DNA of 64,000 nucleotides from Ignavibacteriota bacterium (GTDB lineage: Bacteria; Bacteroidota; Ignavibacteria; Palsa-1295). The notes beneath the pieces were generated by a model that saw only the letters and a program-made list of their open reading frames with translations, did not search any database and had not been told where the DNA came from. Positions 1-9,942 of the stretch are shown in pieces. Numbering within the stretch: position 1 is the stretch's first letter; every line of letters begins with the position of its first letter. Where the stretch lies: the NCBI GenBank assembly GCA_963736195.1, contig CAVTNP010000004.1, positions 627,077-691,076 of the forward strand. Reading direction: 5' to 3'. A program made the translations under genes and the position numbers.

Positions 1-1567
1 TCTCGATACGTCGCAACGCTGCTTTGTATATCTGCGGATGATCGTGCTCGAAGAAGAGCATGGTCTTGATCGGTTTGCGCCCGCCGGGGAGTTCACGGAT
101 CGTGCTCACCTCCATATCGCCATAGAGAGTGAGTGCGAGTGTGCGCGGAATTGGGGTGGCTGTCATGAGCAGCACATCCGGGGTCACAGGCTGTGGCGTG
201 TGAACTGTCATTCGAAAGAGTCCATGCTCGATCTCATTCAGGCTTGCAGCATCCGCGCCCTTTTCGACGAGCGCCTTCCGCTGTGCGACGCCAAAACGAT
301 GTTGTTCATCGGTCACAACCAGCCCAAGCCGATTAAATCGAACAGAGTCCTGAATGAGCGCGTGTGTACCCACAACGATATGGGTCTCCCCTGCCGCGAT
401 CTCCTCCAATATTCTCTTGCGTTCCCGCTTCCCCTGGCCACCAATTAGAAGTGCGGTGTTTACCACCGTATTTTTCAGTAGATTTGAAAGAGTGTTGAAA
501 TGCTGCGCCGCCAGCACTTCCGTTGGCGCCATGAATGCACATTGGTAACCATTTTCTATTGCAACGAGCATCGCGAGCAATGCCACGACCGTTTTACCAC
601 TTCCCACATCGCCTTGCAGCAGCCGATTCATCGGATAACTGCGACCACCCGCCTTCGACATATCGTGAAGGATCTCTCGTAGAGATTTCACCTGATCGGA
701 TGTCAGTTTGTAAGGCAGCGAAGCAAGAATACTTTCCGCAATTCCAGGATCGGAACTTGTTTTCCCTTCCAACGCGGCAAGCATGTGGGAAACATCGTAA
801 GTAACGACTCCACGAACGGCCATACGCATCCGGTGACGCTCCATCGCAAGCCGAAGCTGCATAAAGAACACCTCTTCATATTTCAGACGTCGCCGCGCAT
901 ACTCAACCCGTTCGGGGCTTTTTGGATGGTGCGTTTCACGGATAGCTTCGGGGCGAGGCATAAGGTGCTCGCGGCGCAACAGTTCATCTGGGAGTATTTC
1001 GTGAAGTAGTCCGAGTTTCTCAGCTTTGTCGATCGCGGCTTGTATCAGATCTCGGAATTGCTTATCTCGGAATCCGGCCTTGCGCAAGGCTGGAGGTAAA
1101 TAATACAGTGGCAGCATTTGACCGCGCACAAACTCATCTGGATTAACAAGATGCTCGATGAACGGAGGCTGAACGATCTGCACGATCCCCTGATACTCGC
1201 CTGCATACCCAGCAGCAAGATATTCCTCCTCCACCTTGAATTGCTTAGCACGCCACTCGGGAAAATCGAAAAAAACTAATTGCAACACACCTCCCGAATC
1301 ATCTTGCATCGCAATAACTGCACGAGCGCGTCGATGCCCGGGGATACATCGCGCTGAGATCACCTTGCCTCGGATACTTACGGGCTTTCGAAGATGCTTT
1401 CGAATTTCAGCAAGTGGGACAAGCTGCCGTGCATCGAGGTAGCGACCTGGAAAATGCTGGATTAGGTCTTCGATCGTCTCCATTCCGGCAGAAGCAAGCG
1501 CCTCCGCTTTTTTCGGAGTGATGCCGGGAAGCTGGCGGATGGATTTGGCTGGAATGGAGGTGGTCAA
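1..1567 (-). CDS. recG: ATP-dependent DNA helicase RecG (N-terminal part; truncated by window edge)
   Basis: Manual minus-strand translation from TTG at 1567 gives MTTSIPAKSIRQLPGITPKKAEAL...HFPGRYLDAR and the RecG motif PMNRLLQGDVGSGKTVVA; the frame runs off position 1. Confidence 0.93.
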   Translation of the reverse strand, partial: MTTSIPAKSIRQLPGITPKKAEALASAGMETIEDLIQHFPGRYLDARQLVPLAEIRKHLRKPVSIRGKVISARCIPGHRRARAVIAMQDDSGGVLQLVFFDFPEWRAKQFKVEEEYLAAGYAGEYQGIVQIVQPPFIEHLVNPDEFVRGQMLPLYYLPPALRKAGFRDKQFRDLIQAAIDKAEKLGLLHEILPDELLRREHLMPRPEAIRETHHPKSPERVEYARRRLKYEEVFFMQLRLAMERHRMRMAVRGVVTYDVSHMLAALEGKTSSDPGIAESILASLPYKLTSDQVKSLREILHDMSKAGGRSYPMNRLLQGDVGSGKTVVALLAMLVAIENGYQCAFMAPTEVLAAQHFNTLSNLLKNTVVNTALLIGGQGKRERKRILEEIAAGETHIVVGTHALIQDSVRFNRLGLVVTDEQHRFGVAQRKALVEKGADAASLNEIEHGLFRMTVHTPQPVTPDVLLMTATPIPRTLALTLYGDMEVSTIRELPGGRKPIKTMLFFEHDHPQIYKAALRRIE

Positions 1568-1745
1568 TGAGAAATAAAGAATTAAGAATTGAGAGTTATG
1601 GTTCGGTTAATTCAGTTTGGCATTGGTACAAAATGAAATTTTTATTGCTAAAGACATGGGAACTCTCTAGTCTTTCCCGTGAAACACTTGCCCTCGACCC
1701 AATTGATGGCAGGAATCCGGATTTGGCTGTCGTAAGGGCGGGGCC

Positions 1746-1842
1746 TGGATCCCCGCTTTCGCGGGGATGACAATGAAGGGAATATGGCGCAAAGCGCAAG
1801 AAATCCAACGATACTGTCATTCCCGCGAACGCGGGAATCCAG
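1746..1842. repeat. Inverted pair of REP-like palindromes (GTCATTCCCGCGAAAGCGGGAATCC family)
   Basis: GGATCCCCGCTTTCGCGGGGATGACA and TGTCATTCCCGCGAACGCGGGAATCCAG in opposite orientations; same family at 45181-45280. Confidence 0.8.
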
Positions 1843-1921
1843 CTTCGTAGTTATAGAGACGCAATTTATCATCCAAATCCAAATTGAGCCAACACTTATA
1901 ATTCCCCATTCATAATCCAAA

Positions 1922-4204
1922 TTGTTACGAGATAACATCCTCCAGCTCTTCCGAGAGCATTCCGGCGAGTTATTCAAGACGAACGAGATCTCGAAAATGC
2001 TCGCCATAAAATCCGATAGCGATGAGTACCAAACACTTCGCCGCACCCTCGATGCGCTGGAGCAAGAGGGTACGATCGTTCGCGGATCGCGCCGCAGATA
2101 TGGTTTGCCGAAAATTGCGCTCACGGAGGTTGAGGGTGAACTGCATGTTAAATCAACCGGCAATGGTATCGTTACACCCTCAGCCGAATACGAAATCGGT
2201 GATACCGTGCTGATCCGCTCCCGGAATTTGCACTCGGCTCTCGATGGCGATCAGGTGCGCGTGCATCTGTTTGCCGCGAAAAAGGATGAGCGTCCTCAAG
2301 GTGAAATAACCGAAATTCTTCGAAAGGCCGCGCATCGAATCGTGGGAACCATCGAGCGTAACAGGCAAGGATTTTTCGTGCGACCCGAATCCGGAAAGAT
2401 CAAGCGCGACATTTTCATTGCCCGCAAAGATCTGCATGGCGCACGCGAGGGTGATCGCGTGACGATCGAGCTGTACGAATGGACGGATGAATACCTTCAA
2501 CCCGAGGGTTTTGTCCTGAATGCGCTCGGTACTACGGCAAAGCAGGGTTTTTCGAACGCTGCTATTATCTCTGAATTCAACCTGCCCGAGCAGTTCCCAA
2601 GCTCGGTTCTTAAAGAAACCGATAAACTTCCGGAGTCTATCCCAGAAAGCGAGATCGCTAAACGCCTCGACCTGCGTGGCGAAACAATTTTCACGATCGA
2701 CCCAGAGGACGCGAAGGATTTTGACGATGCGGTCTCTCTTACTGTGAACGCTGATGGCACAGTCACGCTTGGCGTACATATTGCGGATGTCAGCCATTAC
2801 GTACGCGAAGGTTCCGCGCTGGATCAGGAGGCGCTGAATCGTGGCACGAGCGTCTATCTGGTAGGCAGCGTGGTGCCGATGCTTCCGGAACGCATTTCGA
2901 ATGAGCTGTGCTCGCTCCGGCCCGATGAAGATAAGCTCGCCTACTCCGTTTTTCTTCGCATTGACCCGGAAACCGGCAAGGTGAAGAAATCCGAGATGAA
3001 GAAAACCGTCATTCGAAGCGTGATGCGTTTCTCTTATGAAGAAGCAGAGCAGCGCATAAAAACCGGACGCGGTAAACATGCAAAGCTACTTCGGCAAATG
3101 CGCGCACTTAGTCTAAAGATGTATGATCTCCGAAAGGAATCCGGCTCCATCGACTTCGAATCGGAGGAATTCCGTTTTCGGTTCGAAAAGGATGACCCAT
3201 CATCCGTCGGGGAGCCCGTCGAATCCATTCGCAAGGAACGCCTTGGTTCAATGCGCATGATCGAAGATTTTATGCTCGCCGCAAACCGTGCTGTCGCAGA
3301 ATTTATTACTCGCAAAGCCAAGGATGGAGCTGAACGGCCGTTCCTCTATCGCATTCATGCCGAACCTGACTCCGCAAAAATTCGGGAACTTGCACAGCTT
3401 GCGAAAACGCTTGGATATAAACTTTCAGCGGAGAATCCTACGCCGCGCACCATACAAACTTTTCTCGAATCACTCAAAGGCAAGCCGGAGGAGCATTTGC
3501 TCAATCAGCTTATGCTCCGCTCGATGGCAAAGGCAGTCTATGCCGAGCATAATGTTGGCCATTTTGGGCTGGCGTTCTTGCATTACACTCATTTTACTTC
3601 CCCGATCCGAAGGTATCCCGATCTGATCGTTCACAGAATGCTCGCCGAGTACCAGCGGCCCGGCGGCATGAACCGCGAGCGGGAAAACCATTACTATCAG
3701 ATCCTTCCCGAGATCGCCGACCAAACGAGCGCCTCGGAACGACATGCGACCGATGCTGAGCGGCAATCCATCAAGCTTGCGCAAATACATATCCTCAAAT
3801 CGAAGGTCGGCGATGAGTTCGATGCCGTTATCTCTGGCGTTACGCACTTCGGGATCTTTGTCGCGATTAATTCCGGCGCCGAAGGGCTGGTGCACATTCG
3901 CGATCTGCCCGGATATTACGAGTTCGATGAAGCGCATTATTCGCTCATCGAGCGGCGCGGGCAATTCGGCGGCAGAAACGAAGGGCGCAGATTCCGTATC
4001 GGCGATACGCTGCGCGTTCAGCTCGTAAAAGTTCTCGAAGAAAAACGACAGGTAGATTTCCGGCTGGCAGAAGTAGAAGATACGGCGAACATCTCTGAAG
4101 CACGTGTGCTTCCAACTGAAAAGCTCAAACGGCAGAGGCTGCACCACGAGCGCGTTGCCGGAGCACCTCGAAAAGCGCTACGCCGGAAGCAACGCTCGCA
4201 TTAA
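1922..4204 (+). CDS. rnr: Ribonuclease R
   Basis: HTH N-terminus, CSD domains, RNB motifs TIDPEDAKDFDDAVS and YTHFTSPIRRYPDL, C-terminal S1 domain. Confidence 0.96.
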   Translation: MLRDNILQLFREHSGELFKTNEISKMLAIKSDSDEYQTLRRTLDALEQEGTIVRGSRRRYGLPKIALTEVEGELHVKSTGNGIVTPSAEYEIGDTVLIRSRNLHSALDGDQVRVHLFAAKKDERPQGEITEILRKAAHRIVGTIERNRQGFFVRPESGKIKRDIFIARKDLHGAREGDRVTIELYEWTDEYLQPEGFVLNALGTTAKQGFSNAAIISEFNLPEQFPSSVLKETDKLPESIPESEIAKRLDLRGETIFTIDPEDAKDFDDAVSLTVNADGTVTLGVHIADVSHYVREGSALDQEALNRGTSVYLVGSVVPMLPERISNELCSLRPDEDKLAYSVFLRIDPETGKVKKSEMKKTVIRSVMRFSYEEAEQRIKTGRGKHAKLLRQMRALSLKMYDLRKESGSIDFESEEFRFRFEKDDPSSVGEPVESIRKERLGSMRMIEDFMLAANRAVAEFITRKAKDGAERPFLYRIHAEPDSAKIRELAQLAKTLGYKLSAENPTPRTIQTFLESLKGKPEEHLLNQLMLRSMAKAVYAEHNVGHFGLAFLHYTHFTSPIRRYPDLIVHRMLAEYQRPGGMNRERENHYYQILPEIADQTSASERHATDAERQSIKLAQIHILKSKVGDEFDAVISGVTHFGIFVAINSGAEGLVHIRDLPGYYEFDEAHYSLIERRGQFGGRNEGRRFRIGDTLRVQLVKVLEEKRQVDFRLAEVEDTANISEARVLPTEKLKRQRLHHERVAGAPRKALRRKQRSH

Positions 4205-4931
4205 GCGAGGCCGTCTTGCCAGACATCGGAATTGCCGCTAACTTTTCGCAACGTTCCCTCACCAAGCGGTGTAAGCCTTTTTCTTCACTGCCTATGATAA
4301 GACAAATGGGTCCGATGAGACTGATTTCGTAAATTGATTCGCTGGCTTCTCCAGCAAGCCCACAGCAGGTTACTCCAAATTCATCCTGCAATTTGCGAAT
4401 CGTCTCGGCGAGATTTCCATATTTCACGATCGGTAAGTGATTTGCCGCGCCTGCACTCGATTTATATACTGCGGGCGTGAGCACCGCGCCGCGCTTCGGC
4501 AATAGAATTGCAGTCGCGCCAGCAGCCTCCGCAGAGCGGATGATCGCGCCGATGTTATGCGGATCTTCGATGCCATCGAGTGCGACTAGGAGTGGGTTTG
4601 GATTGTCGGCAAGTACATCTTCTAATTCCTGGTAGCCGCGCTGTGCGATCAGGACAATAATTCCTTGCGAGTCTATTGGACGCCTCTCCCCCAAACCCCT
4701 CTCCCTGCTGGGAGAGGGGGCTATTCGACTCTCAAGCTCGCGGAATTTGCTGCGATCAACTTCGCTGAATGCGATCTTATTGGTTCGGAGCAAATGCAAA
4801 ATCTCCCCGATCTGCGGACCATGATTGCCGTGAGCAATATAGACTTTTTCGATACGGGCGCGGGAGGACTCATCGCGAAGCAATTCGAGCACGGCACGGC
4901 GCCCGGCAACGTAGTTTTGATCTTCTTTCAT
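4125..4931 (-). CDS. rlmB: 23S rRNA (guanosine-2'-O)-methyltransferase RlmB (SpoU/TrmH family)
   Basis: LDGIEDPHNIGAIIRSAEAAG, IIGSEEKGL and IPMSGKTASLNASVA SPOUT motifs. Confidence 0.92.
   Translation of the reverse strand: MKEDQNYVAGRRAVLELLRDESSRARIEKVYIAHGNHGPQIGEILHLLRTNKIAFSEVDRSKFRELESRIAPSPSRERGLGERRPIDSQGIIVLIAQRGYQELEDVLADNPNPLLVALDGIEDPHNIGAIIRSAEAAGATAILLPKRGAVLTPAVYKSSAGAANHLPIVKYGNLAETIRKLQDEFGVTCCGLAGEASESIYEISLIGPICLIIGSEEKGLHRLVRERCEKLAAIPMSGKTASLNASVASGVALFEVLRQRARGAASAV
4683..4720. repeat. Palindromic repeat embedded in-frame in rlmB
   Basis: CCCCTCTCCC-TGCT-GGGAGAGGGG hairpin (4696-4719) encoding PSPSRERGLGE; related to the intergenic palindromes at 10751-10877. Confidence 0.75.
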
Positions 4932-4944
4932 TTTTGGAAAAGTA

Positions 4945-5514
4945 TCATGTAATTACTTGCAGTTCCGGCAATGGTAATTGTGTGCCAAATACTTTAAGGA
5001 TGGCTTCCACTGCCGATTCCGGAGATACGTGATATACGACCAGATTCACCCACTCGGCAAAACCACGTTCATTCTGTAAATAATCGATAAATCCCTTCCA
5101 GCTACTCCCTATGAGCATGATCGGCTTTTTAGGAAGGAATCCTTTGGTGAGAAAATCCCATGCCATTGCTATTTCTGCAAGTGTGCCCGTCGAGTTTCCG
5201 ATCGCAATAATGGCGTCGGAAAGGTCGAGTAGTTCCATAAGGCGGTCGGTGGCGCTCTTGAGGCGTACTTCGCGCGTTAGATACCGGTTTGCTTCCCGGC
5301 CTCTTGCATAATATACTTCGGCGGTAACTCCAATTGCTTGGCCACCGGCTTCCCGCGCTCCTTTCGATGCAGCCTCCATCACGCCATCGTATCCGCCGGT
5401 GACGACGGCAAAGCCAGCAGATGCAAGCAACGCACCAAGACGCTCCGCCTCGCGATAAAGCGTATCGCTTGGATCGACATTGCCGGGCCCGAATACTGCT
5501 ACGAGTTTCTTCAT
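4945..5514 (-). CDS. LOG/SLOG family protein (putative nucleotide monophosphate nucleosidase)
   Basis: VAVFG, VVTGGYDGVMEAASKGAREAGG and GTLAEI motifs; likely start MKKLV at 5514, overlapping the upstream stop. Confidence 0.85.
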   Translation of the reverse strand: MKKLVAVFGPGNVDPSDTLYREAERLGALLASAGFAVVTGGYDGVMEAASKGAREAGGQAIGVTAEVYYARGREANRYLTREVRLKSATDRLMELLDLSDAIIAIGNSTGTLAEIAMAWDFLTKGFLPKKPIMLIGSSWKGFIDYLQNERGFAEWVNLVVYHVSPESAVEAILKVFGTQLPLPELQVIT

Positions 5515-7865
5515 TAGTCCAGGAAAGCCCACACGACATCCAAGCGCCAGTGGAACCCATCGCGCGGGTAGAACGTGGTATTGTAATAGGGTGCGCCGAG
5601 AACATTCAGGAACTCCATGCTCACCTGAGCGCGTCGATCCACTTCTGCTGAAAGCAGAACATCGAAAATAGGCTGAAATGCAGATAGACGCGAATCGGGA
5701 ATTCTTGCAAGTGCAGAATCGCCGACCACGGTATAAGCATAACCACGATACACATAATAATCGGACGCCGGGTCATAGGTAAGTTGTGGATCGAGCTGGT
5801 TTATAAATCGGACGCGCGGGCCAACCGTGAACCGCATGTTTCCTTCGCCAAGTTCGTTCTCGAAATAAATTCCAGTATTGCCAAAGAATCTATTCGGCAG
5901 ATCACCTTCGAGCGCTGGCGTTATTGTATAAGGACTGATCGGAACCGTGCTCGGGAAATACGTGACCGATGTGGCCCAATGAAATTTTGAAAGATACGCA
6001 TCGAACGCCAGCGTGTAAGATTGCGTATGCAGATCGGCGCTCGAAAATGTCGGCGGCGTAAATGTATCCTGTAGATTGGGGTAAACAATTCCCTCCGGCT
6101 CGTGACGGTCGAGAAAACCGGCGTGGAGCGCAATGCTATCGTGCTCCGCAAAAGCGAAATGCGCGTCGAACCAGCCGCCGATATTGCGAAGCTGATAGGT
6201 CGCCGTGGGATCCGGGCTTAGCGTGGCGCGATCCTTCGAATATTGATAACTGGCATGGAACGATATAGCATCGGTAATACCGAGAGAACCGGAAAACCCA
6301 ACCGAAGGCAGCACGGCAGCAGAGATCGGCCCTCCTCCCACCGACAAATTTGATTCCACCGTTCGCGCAAATCCAAATAACGAGATGCGTAATGCGGTTT
6401 TGAGCGCAAGCGAATCGCTGGCCATTGCAGATACTCTTGATTCGGTGATGGGATGTTCATTGGTAAGATCGGAATCCTTTTGATTTCGCTCCGCATCGCC
6501 GCGTACGTTGGCGCTCGTCATGAAATCACCGATAGAAAGCTTGAGCGGTTGTTCGAGCATTACGCCAACGCGAGAACCTTCAGAGGTACCCGAAACATAC
6601 GTCGGGAAAGTGCTATCTGGCGTGAGAATCGAGCGGGTTTCAACCGAAGCATACCCTGCGATCTTGGTACGGGCCTCGGCCAGCAACGGCAATTCAAGTT
6701 CCGCCAGTGCATCCGCGCGTGTGCGATGATCGGATGCGTTGACGTTATTGATCTGCGCATTCACTTGATCGAACACATCGCTGGAATCTATTGCGCCGAT
6801 TCCACCATTGAGACCGGTAAATGCCGATGTATATTGCGTCCAGAGCAGAAAATCCAGCGTCTTTGCTCGTGCTGCGGGCGTGGCTAGGATCGAGTCGGTC
6901 TTGTGCGCGGTCATGGTGCTATCGGTGGGAAGCGTTCCAAGATATTGATCGATCGACATTTGTGCACGCGCGGTCCAGGTATCGCTGCGCGGGTTGAACG
7001 AGAGATCGTACGGAACTGGCGAAGAGCCTGCAGTATGCCGGTTGATGGCAAACGTCAGATTCGTCGCGCGCGAGGCATTGATACTGAATAAACCATCGAA
7101 ATTAGAATTATCGCGTGCAAGATCCTGCGTGAAATGGATGCGCGAATACGGCACCGGCGCACGAAATCGTTCGATGGAATAATTAAGGGCATCGCTTGCG
7201 GCAAGATCCGCGCCCGTCATCGCGGCGCCCTCCGCGCCGCTATTCATGCGGATGCTGCTGAATGCCTCGATCGGGTAATAATTCGTCAGCGTCATGCCGT
7301 TCAGGATGCTGTTCATCGGGAGCACGTCATCCATCATCGTCGATGCAATATCTTCGCTCGTGCGCGAGGTCATCACGAAGGATTCGCGGCCGTACCCTTC
7401 GTCGGACTGCACCAGCGCATAAGGCCCACCCGATTCCTCGAATAATTCCGGCGTTGTATTTTGCGAGCCATAATAGCGCAAGGCCTCACCGGTATAAAAC
7501 AGATCGCCGCCATCACGCATGACTTGGGGCCTGCGCCAAATTCCATTTGCGGGCTTCGGCGAGAACGGCAATGTCGAATCACCGCCCTGCCGTTGCGGAG
7601 GTATTTTCGCCGTATCCTCAACAAACATGGCGTGGCTGGTATCCGAGCCGATCGGCGTCTGCGCGCGAGCGCCCACAGCAAAGCATGCCGCCCAAAGGCT
7701 AACCAAAGCGGCGACGCTAGCGATGAAAAAAAGAAATGGCGTGATGCGCAATGTCTGTAGGCGGTTGCTTTCTAATCCCACTCTAACGAAGGCAGGCGAA
7801 GATTGTTTTCGACATACGGAAAACCACTTTAGACAGGGTAAGTGTTCACTATTTAATTCTTGCAA
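5514..7865 (-). CDS. Putative outer-membrane beta-barrel (porin-like) protein
   Basis: Signal peptide-like hydrophobic stretch, amphipathic beta strands, C-terminal FHWRLDVVWAFLD barrel-type end; true start probably downstream of 7865. Confidence 0.65.
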   Translation of the reverse strand: MQELNSEHLPCLKWFSVCRKQSSPAFVRVGLESNRLQTLRITPFLFFIASVAALVSLWAACFAVGARAQTPIGSDTSHAMFVEDTAKIPPQRQGGDSTLPFSPKPANGIWRRPQVMRDGGDLFYTGEALRYYGSQNTTPELFEESGGPYALVQSDEGYGRESFVMTSRTSEDIASTMMDDVLPMNSILNGMTLTNYYPIEAFSSIRMNSGAEGAAMTGADLAASDALNYSIERFRAPVPYSRIHFTQDLARDNSNFDGLFSINASRATNLTFAINRHTAGSSPVPYDLSFNPRSDTWTARAQMSIDQYLGTLPTDSTMTAHKTDSILATPAARAKTLDFLLWTQYTSAFTGLNGGIGAIDSSDVFDQVNAQINNVNASDHRTRADALAELELPLLAEARTKIAGYASVETRSILTPDSTFPTYVSGTSEGSRVGVMLEQPLKLSIGDFMTSANVRGDAERNQKDSDLTNEHPITESRVSAMASDSLALKTALRISLFGFARTVESNLSVGGGPISAAVLPSVGFSGSLGITDAISFHASYQYSKDRATLSPDPTATYQLRNIGGWFDAHFAFAEHDSIALHAGFLDRHEPEGIVYPNLQDTFTPPTFSSADLHTQSYTLAFDAYLSKFHWATSVTYFPSTVPISPYTITPALEGDLPNRFFGNTGIYFENELGEGNMRFTVGPRVRFINQLDPQLTYDPASDYYVYRGYAYTVVGDSALARIPDSRLSAFQPIFDVLLSAEVDRRAQVSMEFLNVLGAPYYNTTFYPRDGFHWRLDVVWAFLD

Positions 7866-7985
7866 GCCCGCAACGAGAGCGAAGATTTTGCGCCCGTCAG
7901 CTTCAAAGCTTTCGAATCGGCCTATAAAGCACTGACGGCAAAGTTACAACCAATGGTTTATGAATTGGGGTTTTTGAAGGGGTAA
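7860..7985 (+). pseudogene. Orphan 3'-terminal fragment (42 codons) of the same gene family as 9516-9939
   Basis: LQARNESEDFAPVSFKAFESAYKALTAKLQPMVYELGFLKG* aligns without gaps to 9814-9939. Confidence 0.8.
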
Positions 7986-8026
7986 TTTCACAGCTACATT
8001 GATGAAACTTTTATGGAGAGGAAAAA

Positions 8027-8845
8027 ATGGCTAAAGATAAACGTAATAGCATGCCACAAGAAGGATTAGAATACGAGGAAAAAATCGTTGCCTTCGTTGA
8101 TATCTTGGGTTTTCGGGAACATGTGCGTGAGAGCGACGAGATGAAAAATGAAGAGAACATAACGGCGTATCAACTTGCATATCTATTTCATAGTTTTGAT
8201 CAGGAGCTTGTTCCTAGTACGGAAGCAAAATCGAATCACGAGCTCCTATCTGGAATCGGGTCCGATGGACGGCACATTACCCGTTTCTCGGATTCAATCA
8301 TTTTGTCTTGCGACGTTAGCCCATGGGGTAGCTTCCGACTTTTAAAGGATCTGTTTTGGATACAAGTAAACGCTCTTGACGCTGGAATTCTTCTTCGTGG
8401 GGGTATCACCATTGGTAAGGCGGTGCACTTACCCGGATTGTCAGGTACGGTTTTCGGTCCCGCCGTGACCCAGGCATATGACTTAGAGCACGATATAGCT
8501 ATTTATCCAAGAATCATTTGGCGTGACGAAAATATACTTGAATTAGCAAGGCAAGCACCCTTGGTTTCGGGTGACATCCTTAAAACATCAATAGAAGAAT
8601 ATGTCGGTGTGGATTGCGATGGATGGTCATACATTGATTATATCTCTGGAAAAATATTTGACAGAGAAATTCAATATACTTTCCACACTAACCTTAGCAC
8701 ATGGATTTACCGAGCCAGCGCATCAAAAATACTGACGGATCAACTGCATCATGATCCTCCTCATCCGAAAAAGATATTGGAAAAATGGAAATGGGTGGAG
8801 CGCCAATGCAATAAATGGGAACCCGGACCACGCCATTATCCTTAG
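8027..8845 (+). CDS. Hypothetical protein with class III nucleotidyl (adenylate/guanylate) cyclase-like motifs
   Basis: VAFVDILGF, FSDS, LLRGGITIG, FGPAVTQAYDLE and YPRII follow the cyclase palm-fold pattern. Confidence 0.6.
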   Translation: MAKDKRNSMPQEGLEYEEKIVAFVDILGFREHVRESDEMKNEENITAYQLAYLFHSFDQELVPSTEAKSNHELLSGIGSDGRHITRFSDSIILSCDVSPWGSFRLLKDLFWIQVNALDAGILLRGGITIGKAVHLPGLSGTVFGPAVTQAYDLEHDIAIYPRIIWRDENILELARQAPLVSGDILKTSIEEYVGVDCDGWSYIDYISGKIFDREIQYTFHTNLSTWIYRASASKILTDQLHHDPPHPKKILEKWKWVERQCNKWEPGPRHYP

Positions 8846-8852
8846 CAGCCGT

Positions 8853-9512
8853 TAGTCGCGGAGCGACGGAGTACTCGCAGCCCAGGGTGAAGCAAAGCGT
8901 AACCCTGGGTTATCAGAACCATTTATTTTTTTAGCCCTGAAAGGGCGTTGTATCATGCCACAAGCATACGGACCGGTTTACATTCACATCGACTTCGGCA
9001 CAAAACGCCGTGCGAATATTCTCACGCCGCAATTGCATACCGATTTCGCACGATACATTACTCCAATCTTGCGCGAATGCAAAGCGCGATTGATCACGGA
9101 AGGGGGAATCCCCGATCATGTGCATCTCTTGGTCGATCTCGGTCGCGAATCGTCGGTCGCAGCAGTCGTTCGCGAGATAAAATCGAAATCATCGGCCTGG
9201 TTGAAATCAAAATTAGGAACAAAGTTTAGCTGGCAAGGAGGATATGGTGTTTTCAGCGTGAGCGCAAGTCATATGAAGAATGTCGCGCAATACATCGACA
9301 ATCAAGAGGAACATCATCGTCATAAAGCGTTCCAGGAAGAGTTTGAAGATATGTTGAAAGCTGCAGGGATTGAATTCGATTCGAAGTATTTTTTGAAGGA
9401 CGATGATTAGGTACATCGCCCCTTCGGGGCTTAGGGATTTTATTGGCCCGCATACCCAACATTCCGCTTCGCTCCATGTTGGGCTGCGAGTACTTCGTCC
9501 CTTCGGGACTAA
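8853..9512 (+). mobile_element. IS200/IS605-like (RAYT-type) element: Y1 transposase flanked by REP-like palindromic arms
   Basis: Left arm AGTCGCGGAGCGAC..CCCAGGGT..ACCCTGGG..GCCCTGAAAGGGC; right arm GCCCCTTCGGGGC..GTCCCTTCGGGAC; the arms are related in inverted orientation. Confidence 0.75.
8955..9410 (+). CDS. tnpA: IS200/IS605 family (Y1, HUH) transposase
   Basis: HUH motif PDHVHLL, WQGGYGVFSVS and catalytic-Tyr region YIDNQEEHH. Confidence 0.92.
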   Translation: MPQAYGPVYIHIDFGTKRRANILTPQLHTDFARYITPILRECKARLITEGGIPDHVHLLVDLGRESSVAAVVREIKSKSSAWLKSKLGTKFSWQGGYGVFSVSASHMKNVAQYIDNQEEHHRHKAFQEEFEDMLKAAGIEFDSKYFLKDDD

Positions 9513-9515
9513 TTT

Positions 9516-9939
9516 TTTTGGCAGTAACCTCACCGCCAGCGCCAACGATTTAGAATGGAACGGGAAGAAATGGAGCATCGTCAATCATTTCATTCCCTAC
9601 ACCGAACAAGCTGTCGGCGCGCCCGACCGCTTCGAAAGCGATTTTATGGTGCAATACATGCGCGGCAAGAAATTTTCGAAAGAAGCCAGCGCGGTACTCG
9701 AAGCCAGTAAAGCATTGTGGAAAGCATATTTTGCACATACGGACGTTCACGCCGTCCGCCAGGAACTAAAACTAAACCGCGCGGATGTGGGCTGGTACCA
9801 AATCCGCAAAGCCTTGCAATCTCGCAACGAAAGCGGCGATTTCGTTCCCGTCAGTTTCGATCCGTTTAACACCGCCTACAAACCCTTGACGGAAAAGCTG
9901 CAACCAATGGTGTATGAGCTGGGGTTTTTGAAGGCGTAA
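9516..9939 (+). pseudogene. 5'-truncated C-terminal remnant of a larger protein (possibly a methyltransferase/type IIG RM-like protein)
   Basis: The first ~37 aa of ORF 9403-9939 are read through the REP arm; the rest (FFGSNLTASANDLEWNGKKWSIVNHFIPY...YELGFLKA) is protein-like with no start of its own. The family assignment is from recall and is tentative. Confidence 0.6.
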
Positions 9940-9942
9940 TTT

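Noticed and set aside
38-1442. Several + strand ORFs of 60-136 aa
   Set aside because: Antisense shadows of recG, which is missing from the ORF track only because it is truncated by the window edge.
4125-4204. 80-bp convergent overlap of rnr and rlmB
   Set aside because: Real in the sequence, but it involves only a low-complexity basic tail of RNase R; no evidence of special function.
9403-9515. N-terminus of the 178-aa ORF as a real protein start
   Set aside because: It is a read-through of the transposon's right palindromic arm.
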